The position numbers were made by a program, and so were the translations under genes. A stretch of 64,000 bases of DNA from Daphnia carinata (taxonomy: Eukaryota), in contig NC_081332.1 of NCBI RefSeq assembly GCF_022539665.2, positions 3,534,001 through 3,598,000 of the forward strand, in the 5' to 3' direction. Below the pieces are notes generated by a model, which did not search any database, was not told where the DNA came from, and saw nothing but the letters and a program-made list of their open reading frames with translations. Below are positions 10,861 through 22,846 of this stretch, piece after piece; positions within the stretch are counted from its first letter, which is position 1; the number at the start of each line of letters is the position of its first letter.

Positions 10861-13401
10861 TCAGACGAGATGAGTGGACAGGTGTTTGGAGAGATAATCG
10901 GCTCGAGCAAATGTTTTACCGCAGGCGTCGCATCGGTAGGGCCGTTCGCCCGTGTGAATCCGCAAGTGACGGTTCATGTCGCTCTTGCCGCCAAAGGCTC
11001 GGCCGCAGAATTCGCACTCGAACGGACGCTCGCCCGTGTGCTTGCGGATGTGGAGCTTCAAGTTCTCTTTAGCCCGGAAGCCCTTGCCGCAGAACGGGCA
11101 CAAATGCGGACGGCCTGGATCGTATTCGGGCGGCGGTCCAGTCATGCCGGCCACTCCCGGCACCACAGCGGCGCCAGACGTGGCCGAATTGACCAACGAG
11201 GGCCGGCTGGTGGAGGCAACGGCGGCCGCAGCTGCTGCCGCCGCCGCCGCCGAACTGAAATCGCGGATGAGATTGTGCAGGAAAGGTCCGGGACCACCTC
11301 CTCCTGCTCCTCCTCCTCCGCCGGCAGCAGCGCCTGCTGCCGTTGGCGGAGTGGTTTTCCTTCCGGACCCTTTATTGCTCGTCTCACCGTCGTCGGAACC
11401 TTCCCTATCTGACTGACCTTCTTCCGACTGGGTCGGAGCGTGTCCCGATGGATCCGATGCCGTCGATTGCTGCTGCGGTTGAAGCCGTTCCAGTCCCGGC
11501 GGAGGAGGCATGGCGGCCGCCACGGCCGCCGCCGCTGCCGCCGCGTTCCCGGCTCCTCGAGCGGCTAGGAAGTTGGCCGCCATGAGGGCCGCTTGGTGCT
11601 GGGCCACTTGGTGTTGCCTCTGCAGCTGCAACGCTCCTTGGAGGAACGACGAAGCCGGACTAGCGGCTGGACTTCCGGCCGTGAATTTGGCGTGCTGCAT
11701 CAGCAGCTGCCGGTTCTGGTGCTGCTGCTGCGACAAGTGGTGTCCGTGGTGCGGATGCGACAAATGTTGGCCGGCCGAGGCCGATCGTCCGGCAGCAGCC
11801 GACGCAAATTGCTGTTGGTGCTGCTGGGCCGCGACGGCCTCTTCTTGGCTCATGAGCCGGTCGCTCGTCGTCTCGTCGTCCATCATGTTATCTTGCTCGT
11901 CGCCGGAAGAGACGACTTCCACTTCGGATTTGATGTGAGCGCTGCCCAGCCGCTGATCGCTGGACGGACTGGACGATCGTCTACCGTCGGCGTTGCCGCT
12001 CGACGTCGTGTTCCCTCCGGCTCCGTGCAGTCGGGCCCTCGCTTCCGCTTGGCTTCCGGAGGCAGACGAGCCGGACAGGCCGTCCCCTCGGCTACTCCGG
12101 TGGTGGTGATGGTGGTGGTGATGCTGAGGCCTGGCCAGCATTTCCAAAACGCTGCGCTCCTCCATCATGTTGACGCCCATGAATCCAGCCAGCGATCCGG
12201 CCGCCATGGCCGCCCCGCCTCCGCCGGGCATCGACATGGATCGAACGTTGCCCGGGTAGACGTGCAGCCGCTCGACAGCGTGATTGAGCCGGTGTTTCTT
12301 GAAGGATTTGAGATATTTGAACTGCATTCCGCAGATTTCGCAGCGGAACGGCTTCTCGCCGGGCAAGCGGGCCGTGTGATTTTGCTCCTTGTGTTTGGTG
12401 AAGGCCGACAGGTACTTGTAGCACTGGCCGCACTGCTCGCACTTGTACGGTTTCTCGCGCGAGCCGAGCGTGAAGCCGACGCCCACGTGAGATTCAATCA
12501 GCGAGATGGACGTCGGAAATGGGAAGCCGGATGCGACCACGGCCCTCGTCGAAGCGGAAGACGATGACGGAGAGTCGCGGCACACGCCCACATCGCTGGC
12601 CGTGCTACTGGCACCGCTGCGCTGCGATCCGGGCCCGCCGGCGCCCGACTCTTCTCCATCCGCCGCATTGTGTTGTTGCTGTTGCTGCTGTTGCTGTTTT
12701 GATTGTTGTTGTTGTTGTTGTTGTTGTTGTAACTGATGGGAGGAAGACGATGAGGAAGATGGTCCGGGTCGGGGCGTATTGTTACCCGACCGACTAGCTG
12801 CACCAGAGGCGTTACTGTTACTACTCCGGTAATGGGATGGATTGATTCCGGCAAAGGGCATGGCCAACGGCATGCCGGCGAAGCGCATGCCAAAGTCGAA
12901 TTGCGGCACCACCATCGGCAAAATGGACGACAGGAAATTGGACGAAGACGACGTTTCGTTCGCTGCCGACGCGCTCCCGCCCGCTCCCGAACGGCTGACG
13001 ACAACCGAGACCTCGTCGCGGTAATCACTTCCTCCTCCTCCGCCGCCCTTCTGACCCCGTCCGCCGCTGACGCCGCCTGCAGACGAGTGATGCGCAGAGC
13101 CTTCGGCGACAGAGGCGGCTCCTTCCGGGAACGAGAGGAACCTTTTGGGTCGGCCGGCCGGATGAATGCTGCTTCCGGCGGCGGCGTTGGCGCTACTGCT
13201 GCGATGTTGCTGTTGTTGTTGATGGTGGTTGGCCAGATCGCCACCAGACGCTGTTTTATGGCTGTGATGGCTCTTCCTTCCGCCTCCGCCGCCGTGCCTC
13301 ATCCTTAGTCCGCTAGAGGCTCCTCCTCCGCTGCCGGAGAAGTTGAGATACTCGCCCTCTTCGATCACCACCTCGGCCGTCGGCATCTGGCCGTCAGAGA
13401 A
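10861..13401 (-). CDS. mamo: mamo alternative terminal exon B (five C2H2 fingers, 2+3); isoform ~1617 aa
   Basis: Acceptor TTTCTAG ending at 13402, phase 0 (FSDGQMPTA...). Fingers: CEQC..HKEQNH and CEIC..HRLNH, then CPFCGKGFRAKENLKLHIRKH, CEFCGRAFGGKSDMNRHLRIH and CDACGKTFARADYLSKHLSTH with TGERP linkers. The triplet matches the Mamo C-terminal fingers as I recall them. Stop TGA at 10863-10861. Confidence 0.85.
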   Translation of the reverse strand, partial: FSDGQMPTAEVVIEEGEYLNFSGSGGGASSGLRMRHGGGGGRKSHHSHKTASGGDLANHHQQQQQHRSSSANAAAGSSIHPAGRPKRFLSFPEGAASVAEGSAHHSSAGGVSGGRGQKGGGGGGSDYRDEVSVVVSRSGAGGSASAANETSSSSNFLSSILPMVVPQFDFGMRFAGMPLAMPFAGINPSHYRSSNSNASGAASRSGNNTPRPGPSSSSSSSHQLQQQQQQQQQSKQQQQQQQQHNAADGEESGAGGPGSQRSGASSTASDVGVCRDSPSSSSASTRAVVASGFPFPTSISLIESHVGVGFTLGSREKPYKCEQCGQCYKYLSAFTKHKEQNHTARLPGEKPFRCEICGMQFKYLKSFKKHRLNHAVERLHVYPGNVRSMSMPGGGGAAMAAGSLAGFMGVNMMEERSVLEMLARPQHHHHHHHHRSSRGDGLSGSSASGSQAEARARLHGAGGNTTSSGNADGRRSSSPSSDQRLGSAHIKSEVEVVSSGDEQDNMMDDETTSDRLMSQEEAVAAQQHQQQFASAAAGRSASAGQHLSHPHHGHHLSQQQHQNRQLLMQHAKFTAGSPAASPASSFLQGALQLQRQHQVAQHQAALMAANFLAARGAGNAAAAAAAVAAAMPPPPGLERLQPQQQSTASDPSGHAPTQSEEGQSDREGSDDGETSNKGSGRKTTPPTAAGAAAGGGGGAGGGGPGPFLHNLIRDFSSAAAAAAAAAAVASTSRPSLVNSATSGAAVVPGVAGMTGPPPEYDPGRPHLCPFCGKGFRAKENLKLHIRKHTGERPFECEFCGRAFGGKSDMNRHLRIHTGERPYRCDACGKTFARADYLSKHLSTHLV
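12672..12729 (-). repeat. CAA/CAG repeats encoding poly-Q tracts in mamo exon B
   Basis: (TTG)n/(CTG)n on the + strand; protein QQQQQQQQQQSKQQQQQQQQ. Confidence 0.85.
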
Positions 13402-16400
13402 CTAGAAATATAAAACAAACATAAGACGTTGCAATGAAATTAACGCCATTCGCAATTTGCTTAATGAACAAAATTATTTCGATTGGGGTTATTGAGGATC
13501 TTTCAATCCGAATCTAGGCCGTTCTCTGGTTGGTTTTTATTGCAGGAAAATTTCTACTCGACGGTTGAATTAAAAACGAAGACATTCGCAAATGAGGAAA
13601 AAAAAAAACTGAAATAACTGCCAATTGTGTGGTGCAATTAGCGCGTCTTCGTACTTTCGCCCATCAACCACACCGTATTCACCAGTTGACAGACCAAACG
13701 AGGAAAAACAAAAACACAATTCCTTATTTATTTTATTTTTTTTTTTTTTTTTGTTTGTTTGTTTCAATTTAAATACGAAAGGATTGACCGCCATTGTCGA
13801 TACGCATTTTTACACGCCGGCTGTAAACGGTTGCTAACCCCACACACATCAAAGTTCGATGATGAACGACAACTACAACACTCGCACATTCAATCGCAGA
13901 CGTATCGAATTTAAAACTAGCCCTCCGGCGTTTCTGGAAATAGGGATTTTTTTTTTTTTAAAGAATGGTGTTACAGACCCGAATGAAAAGCAGCGCATTA
14001 ATTCCGCTACTGTCGGTCACCGCGGGTGCAACGACAACCAAACGCCACACAAACGGGATCGTCCAAATGGATTCTTCCGGCAGATGGCCGATGCTGTTGC
14101 CGTTGCATGATCACCTTCTTCTTTCTTTTTTTTTTTTTTTTTTTGCCTATCCGATCTCACACGATAAATCTCCGCCGAAATGATTTTTTAAACACAATTT
14201 TCTTTCAATTTCAAATTTAAAAAAAAAAAAAAAAGGCTTCCGCACTTCCGCCAACACGCGCACTCACTCACGCCAACAATTTAAATAAGTTTGTTATCCT
14301 GTAGTTAAAGGCATTTTTTTTTTTTGTTTGTTTGTTTTGAATTTTTCTTTAAATTTTCAACAACAACAACAAAAAAAGAAAAGAAAAGAAAAGGGAAGGG
14401 CGGGATGATTTGGAGAAAAGCGTCGGTCGGACGCACGATCGCCGCGTCTTTTGGCGTCGTCCCGCGCGAATCGAGCGACCTACTCTTCCACTTTTGCATC
14501 TACCTCCACCGTTTTCCCCTCCCCCCATTTCCTCCCTCCCCAACCCCCTTCTCGTGCGATTCCATTTGTTTTCGCGTATGTTACCTCCCTTCTCGCAACC
14601 CCACCCCGTTTTTCGCTATTCATTCAATCAACCCCGGCGTGTAGACACACACACACACACACACACAAGTAGTATGTGTCCTGCATATCATTTCTCCCCT
14701 CCTCTTCTTCCGTTTCCGCACTCGACGCTTTTTAGCTCTTCCACGCCCCTCGTTCCCTCTCCTTTTAAAACTCTTACGCGCCAAAAAACAAAAGACCCTC
14801 TCTCTCACTTTTGCAATATTCATCCGGAAACTCCCGTTTCCCACCCCTCTCTCCATTCTCCATGGCTACACGCTCTCGCCAATCCGCCTGATTTTCTTCC
14901 TCTTTTTTTTTTTTTTAGCTGCTTTCCTTATGTTCTCTCGGCCAAAAGATCAGATTTCCTCGTCCATCATCCCCTCCCTGGCTCTTCCGTCGTTCATCAA
15001 AAGATCTTGTAAAGGATATTAAGATAGTCCTATAAGAAAAAAAAAAAAAAGGAGAGAGATCCTCTTTCCCTCCCTCCCCTTGCGTTTCACCCAACATGTT
15101 CGATTGGCTCTCTCCCGCATATCCGATTTTATTCTTTTTCAAACACAGTCGCGAAAATAATAAAATAAAAAATGTAGAGGGGGGGGGGGGTGTAGGCGGG
15201 AACTACGACTGCGCATAACTGTTTTTTATGTGCGGTTTTGGAAAAGCAAAAAAAAAAAAACGAATTTTAAAAAACAATGACGCGCTTCCGTTTTTCATCG
15301 GTTTTCAAGAAAATGTTGGGGGGGGGGGGTAAAGAATCGATTCGCTTACTCGTTCATGGCTGTCACGTAATTATCTATCGAGTTTGATACGCTGCAACTA
15401 CTTTGCGTTCTTTATGAGGATAGGAAAAGATGCTGAAAACGTCTTTTTTTTTTTTGGCTTTAAAAAGCACGTCATTAATAATAAATCCCATCCTCCCTGG
15501 ATGGCATTTACGAATGTGAAGCGATGGCTCGGAAATACTTTTACCTCTCAAAAAAACAAAAAAAAAAAAACAATTCAATTTCAGTGTTTTGTTTCGTTTC
15601 ATTATTGGCATTTAATAATGAAAAAACCAAACAAACAAAAATATCTCTAGAGACAGTCACTCGTTCATTTATACAAAAAAAAAAAAAAAAAAACGCAATT
15701 ATTTTCAAACGTCCCGCTTTGAAAAAAAAAGGAAAAAAAAAGTTTGCAGACGACAAAGCTAGACGCTTGGTATTGATCTGATACAAATCCCGCAACCGTG
15801 CCGGACATTTTTTTTTTTTATTTTTTCTTATTATTATTTATAGCCTTTCGCCTCACAGACACACAGACACACACACATCTCTAAATCAGTCTATTGAATG
15901 ACGTCATTCCTGCTGGGCCTAGGAAACAAACAAACAAACAAAACAAAAAAATGTCCTTCAACCAGCAGACAATTTATAATGCAGCTCAAGGTTTGGGCAA
16001 AACGGCCGCCGGCCTACCTAAAAATCTCGCATATACGCGTCTTAACGTGACTGGCCCGTCCATGTAACATTTCTAAAAAAAAAAAAAAAAAAAAACGAGG
16101 ATAGGACTAGACGTAGTGTCTGTACATACAACACGATGTGTGTGTTTGTGTGTGTGTATAAGAACAGAAATAAAACTTGCGCGCGTTCGTTCGTGTTGTA
16201 TCAAATGCAGAAGAAAGGTCGGCCTTGATGTCGACATATAAATAGGCTGGGGGTTCACCGGGCAGCAGCCGGATGGGGGCCGTCATTCCCTCAAGGGGCG
16301 TTGTTGAATAAGAGAAAGCATAACTGGGCAAACACAAGTTTCAAAGTCTCAAATTCATCTCTCTTTTTCTTTCTAAAACGCAGACAACTGGCAAAGGAAA

Positions 16401-18717
16401 AAAAAAAAAATAAAATAAAATACCGTCTGCGTGAGAGAGGGAAAGGGTTTTAAAAGAGTTTTTTTTTTTTTTTTTTTTTACTTCTCTAGTTGCGAGTTTC
16501 ACCCAAAAAAAAAGGGGGAAGGGGGGTGAGTTTATTCACGTTGAAAGATGTGAGAGTAACGGTCAAGCTCTCGTTTTTTTTTGTGTGTGTGTGTGTGTGT
16601 TAAATTTTATTTCCCCCCTCTTCTTTTCTTTCACTAGTGAATCCACACAAATCCATTCCCCCCCATCTATTTTTTTTTTTCTTTTTTGAATCCACGCTTT
16701 AAAATTTATTTTTGAAAATACACACCCAATTTTTTTTTTATAGGTGGGGTTCGTGTTTTTTTTTTTTTTTTTTTTGTGCGCGGGTAACAACTGCTGCTGC
16801 CACCGAAAGTAGACTTTGAATATTTAACCGAATATGTATATAAAAAAAAAAGGGGGGGGGGATTTGAGAAACCAAGCGTCGTCCAGGCAAAAAAAAAAAA
16901 AAACGGAGTAAGCTTTAGACTACTAGTAAGAGAATTACGATTATAATACCAAGGCCCCGCATAATCTCTTTTGGAAAAGAAAAAAAAAAGGGTTGAAAAT
17001 AAGAAAGGGACGCCATTGGTTGCCTTGCGCCCGTTTCGTATTCGGACCAGCAGAATGTTGTTATCCGACCTGTTCTTTTTTTTTTTTTTTTTTTTTTTCT
17101 TGCACACAGACAAAAAAAAAAATATATATATATTTAAAAAGGAGAAAGAAAAAAGAATTCTTAGCCCTCCTTTTAATTTTTTGTTTGTTGTATCTTTTCG
17201 GTTCACGAAAAAAAAAAAAAAAGAGACATAAGACAGTCAAGGTATCAGTTAGCTCCATCGGAGCAATCGGAATGATGGATCAGATGGACGAAAAAAACTC
17301 GTTTTAATGGCAAAACTGGTCGGGCAACAAAAAAAAAAAAAAAAAATCAATGTCGACTCTCTTCGACCAAATAAAGGAACTATGCCGTTTATTTCGTCAA
17401 GTTCTTATTTTTTTATTTTTTTTCATGGCCGTTGTCTGCGTTCGGGACCCGAAGACCTTGAAAATCCCGCATAGAACCGGCACACACACGCTATGTGCAA
17501 GATGGCGTAGTATTTTTTTTTTATTATTATTATTCGAGGCTACAGCCTTTTCACGAGATGATAACAAAAATTTCGATATTTTTTTTTTTTTGTATTCGCT
17601 TTTTTTTTTCCGATGTATTTTTGAATTAAATTCAAAAAAAAAAAAAATGGAAAGGAAAAGAATACAAGAGATCAAAAAAACAATTGAAATGATGATTTTA
17701 AAGAATCTAACAAACAACGTTCTTTTCAAACTACAATTCGTTTTTAAATATGACTGATTTTGAGTAATAGGAAAATCATAGTGTGTGTATGGGTTATCGT
17801 TATCCGCCTCTTTTTGCCCCCCTTTTACATAACATTCCTTTAAAATATGCTAATTTTTCGTTTTGACTCCGATAATAAATATCACCCCATTAGTTGCATC
17901 GAATCTCTTTCGTCTCCTGTCCCAGTTTTCAACTACTACAAACATTTTCTATCACAGTTGCGTGTGCAGAGTTTTAAGCTGCGACTGCATTTAGCGTTTC
18001 AAAATAAAAATCGTGTCAATCTCCAACCAAAATTCAAAAACGAAGAGGGGAGAAAGTGAAAAAGGTCCATCTAAGATGACGCCATAACAGCTGGACGATG
18101 CAAAAAGACTAGGGGAGGAAACGTCAGTAACTCTTTTAAAACCATTTTTTTTTTCTTTCTAGGGTTTCCCAGTTTTTCCATGTCACTCTCCACTGATGAT
18201 GACGCATCAATTTAAAACCCAGAACTTAAGACATAAAAAAAAAAAAAAAAAAAAATCTAATTAAAAAAAAAAAAAAAAAAAAAAGGGGGCTCTACATGTG
18301 GGCCGAACTTCCGTCGTCCGTAATCAACTGGAAATCACTTTTTGTTTCTAAAAACCTGTTCAACCCATATTTCGTCTGTCAGCTGGCCTATTAAAAAAAA
18401 AAAAAAACCCGAGGGGTGGAGGAAATGCGCACACAAGTGTGCGAGTGAAGAACGCTCGCGAGTTCTGTGGGTGGAACTCGAGTCCTGCACGCAGACACTA
18501 CACCCTGATGATGATGACGGACAACAATCCTTCTCATTTCACTCTGCCAACTTCTTTTGTTCTTGACCATCCGACAAGAAAATACGGGCTCTAATTTTTT
18601 TTTTTTTTTTTTTTTCAACTACTACTAGGCTTTTCAAAATGCATCTAGGCTAAAGACTCACGCAATAAGCCCACCCTCGGAGGGAGAGAACCCAAACTAC
18701 CCTCCACGACGTTTAGA

Positions 18718-18744
18718 ACACACACACACACACACACACACACA
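18718..18744. repeat. (CA)n microsatellite; similar (CA)n/(GA)n tracts at ~1343, 5639, 6203, 7993, 14645, 26682, 26915
   Basis: Direct dinucleotide runs are visible in the sequence. Confidence 0.9.
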
Positions 18745-18946
18745 GCTGTGTGTGTGACGATTTTAATCAACTAGAATCGATGACACACACTGGTGGCAGT
18801 GCATTATTTTTTCAAAAGGAAATGAAACAAAAGGCTCGTGAGACTTTCAAAAACCCTAGCGGCGAAAATGCGAAACAAGTTTCAAATCAAAATCACAGAT
18901 CACACAGCCCAACAACAAAATGTTTAGGAACTTTAACTCGAATTTT

Positions 18947-19804
18947 TCAAACAGGCGGAGGTGGTGGATGGAGTCGCTCGGCTTTGGGCAAATGAGTCTT
19001 TTCGTGAGCTTTAAGGATGGTGGATCGTGAAAAGGTTTTGCCGCAGAGTTGACAAGGAAACGGACGTTCGCCCGTGTGGACTCGACAGTGATCCTTCATG
19101 TGATGACGCAATTTAAAAGCTTTGCCGCAATAATCGCAACGGAACGGCCTCTGCTGTTGCGGCGGCTCAGACAGCTGGGCCGCGTCGCCGGCCGCCACGC
19201 CGAACGCGGGCAAAACAATCGGAGAGTGGACGCTCTGCGACGGTGCGGAATAAGAAGATCCAGGTAAATGAATCAATTGGCTATTGGCCGATGACGACGT
19301 CATTTCCAAAGCCGACGGCGCGAAAGACGGACAGCAACGATCGATGGCCGTCATGGACGCAATGGCGGCCGCGCTAAACATGCCGGCCACCAAGTGGCTA
19401 TTGCTGCTGCCGCTAGCGCCCTGTTCTAAATGAGCACGCGGATGGAAGTGATCCGGAAGGCCGTCACCGCTGCTGTGATGGCGGTGCCGGACATGGCCAG
19501 CAGCGGGATTGGCATCTAGATCGGCAACAACGTGCGGCGGAGGTGGATGATGAAACAAGATGCCGGAAGCGGCGGCTGCAATGGCGGCGAAATTGGGTGG
19601 CATGAGACCGGCGGACAAGTGACGCTGTCGCTTCATCCCGCGTGATAATAGCAACAAAGGAGAGGGACGCGATGCGGGTTCCTCCGGAACTGTTGCCGAC
19701 GCATCCGGCGCAGAACTCAGAGTAACCGATATCAAACTATTGTCCACGGCTGCTGCCGAAGACACCTCTTCCATCGTCGCTTCCGGCAATCGTTTGGCGG
19801 CAGC
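18947..19804 (-). CDS. mamo: mamo alternative terminal exon A (two C2H2 fingers); isoform ~1056 aa
   Basis: Polypyrimidine tract plus TTTGCAG acceptor ending at 19805, phase 0. Encodes [54 protein letters not shown] at 18949-18947. Confidence 0.85.
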   Translation of the reverse strand, partial: AAAKRLPEATMEEVSSAAAVDNSLISVTLSSAPDASATVPEEPASRPSPLLLLSRGMKRQRHLSAGLMPPNFAAIAAAASGILFHHPPPPHVVADLDANPAAGHVRHRHHSSGDGLPDHFHPRAHLEQGASGSSNSHLVAGMFSAAAIASMTAIDRCCPSFAPSALEMTSSSANSQLIHLPGSSYSAPSQSVHSPIVLPAFGVAAGDAAQLSEPPQQQRPFRCDYCGKAFKLRHHMKDHCRVHTGERPFPCQLCGKTFSRSTILKAHEKTHLPKAERLHPPPPPV

Positions 19805-20445
19805 CTGCAAACAAGAACAGACAGACAAGAAGAGAAAAAAAAAAGACAACCCCCAACAAGATAGAACTATATCAACTTCTTGTTCCAGAATTTTTTTTTA
19901 TTTTTTAATTAAATTTTCCCGCCATCCCATTTTTTCAAAAAAAAATTAGGATTTTTTTTTTTTTAAATAAATCAAAAGGAAATAAAAATAAACAAGAAGT
20001 TGACGTTCATATTGTCAGGTCTTTTTTTTTTCTCTCTATCTCTCTTTGTGTTCCTATTTGCATAAAATTTGAGATTTTTTTTTTGTGTAAAAACAAGTGC
20101 GATCGGAAAGATTCGAAAAAAATTGGCCGCCTGCGTGTTGTGTGTAACATTGAAATCGCAGGATTTCAGTTTGTTGACAAATGTGTCGTTTGTTTTCTAT
20201 TAAACAGACGCACGTTCTTCTTAACACACAAATAAAAAAATAAAAAAAGACCCAAACGAAGGTCAACTTCTGGCTTCGAAGGTCCCGTACTTTTTTTTTG
20301 TCTTGTGTGCGACCCCCCGATTTAAAAAAAAAAAAAAAAAAAATGTCGGCAGAACAAAAAAAATGGCGACGCGATCCCGCAATTTTCACGAACGCTCTTT
20401 TTCAAAATTCTAAAAAAAAAAAAAGAAAATGTTTGCAATTCCTAC

Positions 20446-20610
20446 CTGATCGGCGTCGGCGTTGCGTTCGTAATCGGAACTGTTGGAAGAAAACGAGCCA
20501 GGTGAACGAAGTGAATCTACTCCGGCCGTGCTAGCTCCCGCTGAACCGGAAGCTTCCGGTAAATTGGCCGCCGAATCGTTCCAATCTCCCGCTTCCTTTT
20601 TCATCAACGA
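20446..20610 (-). CDS. mamo: mamo shared linker exon (55 codons, phase 0/0)
   Basis: Acceptor TGCAG at 20615-20611 after a T-rich tract; open frame SLMKKEAGDW...ERNADADQ; donor GTAGG at 20445. Confidence 0.8.
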
Positions 20611-20698
20611 CTGCACGCAAAAAATTAAAAATCAATTTGAAATTAAAAAAAAAAAAAAAAAAAACGTACAGAAATGATGCAAAAATCGATTGGCTTAC

Positions 20699-22846
20699 CA
20701 TTGGAAGATGCTGAGGCGAACCGATGGATAGATTTGAAGGCGGATGATGATGAGCATTCGATGCGGAAGTGTTGTGACTACGACTTGTACCCTGTCGACG
20801 ATTTTCCATAAACATTTTATCCTCAACGTCCTCGTCTTCCACCTCGTCGCCACTCTCGTCGCTCTCCTCCTCCATCATCCAGTGACGGAAGCGATGGTGC
20901 GGATGGGCCGCACAAGCGCCGCCCGACGTGGCGGCGCCACCGGCTGCAGCGTCAGTTGGGAGGAGAGGCGGCGAGGACGACGACGGAGACAATTGAAGCG
21001 GCGAATGCGGAGGCATCCGGCGGAGATCTTGAGCCGTGCCGCAATCTTGAGCCATCGAATCCGCATGAGATTCTTGGCCGTCGAGTGCGGCATCGTTGGC
21101 GTCTTCCGGCGGCCCACCACCGCCGCTTTTAAAGCGATGATTGTGATCGCCGTCGTCCGGATGGCGGATGGCCGACGCGTTGCCGGAAGCATTTGCGGAT
21201 GGCGGCGGATCGTTGTTGCGATGCTGCGTCTTATTGTGGTGGTGGTGGTTGTGTTGATGATTGGACTTGAGAGACGGTTTGAGCTGCCTCCGCGGCGGAT
21301 GCTGGAGTTGGCCCGGAGGCTTCCAATCGGCCGGCAGGACGTGATTGGCCTGAGGAGTCGTGTTGTTATTCCGCCTAGAGTGGTGAGCGCGTCGATCGAC
21401 GGAGGAAGCGGCGTTGGAAGAGAGATCTTGAATCACTTCCGGATGGATGAGATCCAGCGGAACTATAGAATCATCGTCGTCGTCGTTGACGATGCCCCGT
21501 CGCTTGATGTGGTGCTGGTAATGGACGCCGCCGCCGCCGCCGCCGCCACCACCGGCGCCCTGTTGTACTAGTCGGTGATGATTGGCCAGCGATTCGCCAT
21601 CGAGGCCCGATCGTCCGGAAGCTTTCACTTGGTGATTCGGATGCGATTGCAACAGAGATCGTCGATAAGGATTGCTCAGGTTGTGCAAATGATGTCGACG
21701 CCGTTGGCGTCGCTGCATCCGCCCGACCGAGTCCGTCAGAGAAGACAATCCGGAAGCCAGGGCGTTGCGTTCAATCACGATCGGGTTGTCGTCCATCTCT
21801 TCGTCAAACATGTCCTCCTCATCTTCTTCCTCTTCGTCCTCGTCTTCTTCCTCTTCTTCCTCTTCGTCCAATTCGTCCGCTTTCTTCGGCTGGCTGGTGG
21901 CGGCCGCAGCGGCTGCCGCCGCCGTCGTCGTGACGTCGGCCAATCCTTTGACGCGCAGATTTTCGGCCGTCTTGAGCAAAGTGGCCAGTTGTCCGTACTC
22001 GACGGAAACTTCGCCCTTGTACATGAACTGGAGGAGCGACTGGAGTTCGGTAAACTTTGTGTCTTTGAGGATGACGATCGGATGACGCTGGTCAGAGTGC
22101 GTGACAAAGAGCGTCCGGAAGAAGCTGGAACAGGCCGAGAGGACCATTTTGTGAGCTCGGAGAGAACGGCCCTCGGCGGCCAGCGTCACGTCGACCAGCG
22201 ACTCGTCTCGAAGGAGCTGGGCAAAGACGCCCAGCACGTGACTACCGTGATTGGTCCAGCGCAAGCAATAATGATCCTGCAGTGGTTGTTGTTGTTGTTG
22301 TTCGCCTTCTTTCGCCGATGGATCGACCAACGGACTGGCTGGCCTGCTGGGCGTCGATTTCCTATCGACGTCCATGCCGTCATCGTCGTCCGACTCTTCC
22401 GACGTCTGCATCGTTCGATTCAAGCGACTCGGAGTCACGACGACTTCCGGCCGCGGCAGTGACGTCACCACTTCGTCCGCAATCGTCCGCTCCTCTTCTT
22501 CTTCGACGGCCGGCGGCGGCGACGTCGCTTTGCGGAGCGGCTGATGCTCGGCTTTCCATCTGCGTCCGCCGTGTTTGCCATTGGCTCTCTTGCTGGCAGC
22601 GGTGGCGCTGCTATGATTCTCGCTCGATGCGCTCGAACTGCTACCACTGCTCGTGCTACCTGTGCTGCCCGTCGTGCTACTCGGGCTGCTGTTGCCACTC
22701 CGGCCAGCCTCTTCGTTATTATTGGCGGCTAACGTCGGCGGCGGATCGACAGTCGCCGCATCTTCGTCGTGATGTGTGGCAGGACCACCGTCAGGCGGTC
22801 CTGAGCCGGGTCCAGGCTCTGTGGCCGCCTCATTCGGGCTGCCCAT
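20699..22846 (-). CDS. mamo: mamo orthologue (tramtrack-type BTB-ZF transcription factor), shared BTB-encoding exon
   Basis: Acceptor AG at 22871-22870, first ATG at 22846, donor GTAAG at 20698 (phase 0). BTB domain at ~22273-21935: HYCLRWTNHGSHVLGVFAQLLRDESLVDVTL...FMYKGEVSVEYGQLATLLKTAENLRVKGLA. This matches the Mamo-type BTB as I recall it (HYCLRW..H...LGVF.QLL.DESLVDVTL), and the downstream ZF exons agree. Confidence 0.85.

Noticed and set aside
10746..13308. Long + strand ORFs (up to 324 aa) over mamo exon B, and similar ones over 20744-23028
   Set aside because: Antisense shadows of GC-rich, low-complexity coding exons with no domain content.
20531..20698. BTB ORF continuing past the donor to a stop at 20531 (778-aa ORF in the track)
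   Set aside because: The tail (FASFLYVFFFFFFNF) is translated intron with a poly-T tract, and clean GT-AG sites explain it. A ZF-less intron-retention isoform cannot be supported from sequence alone.
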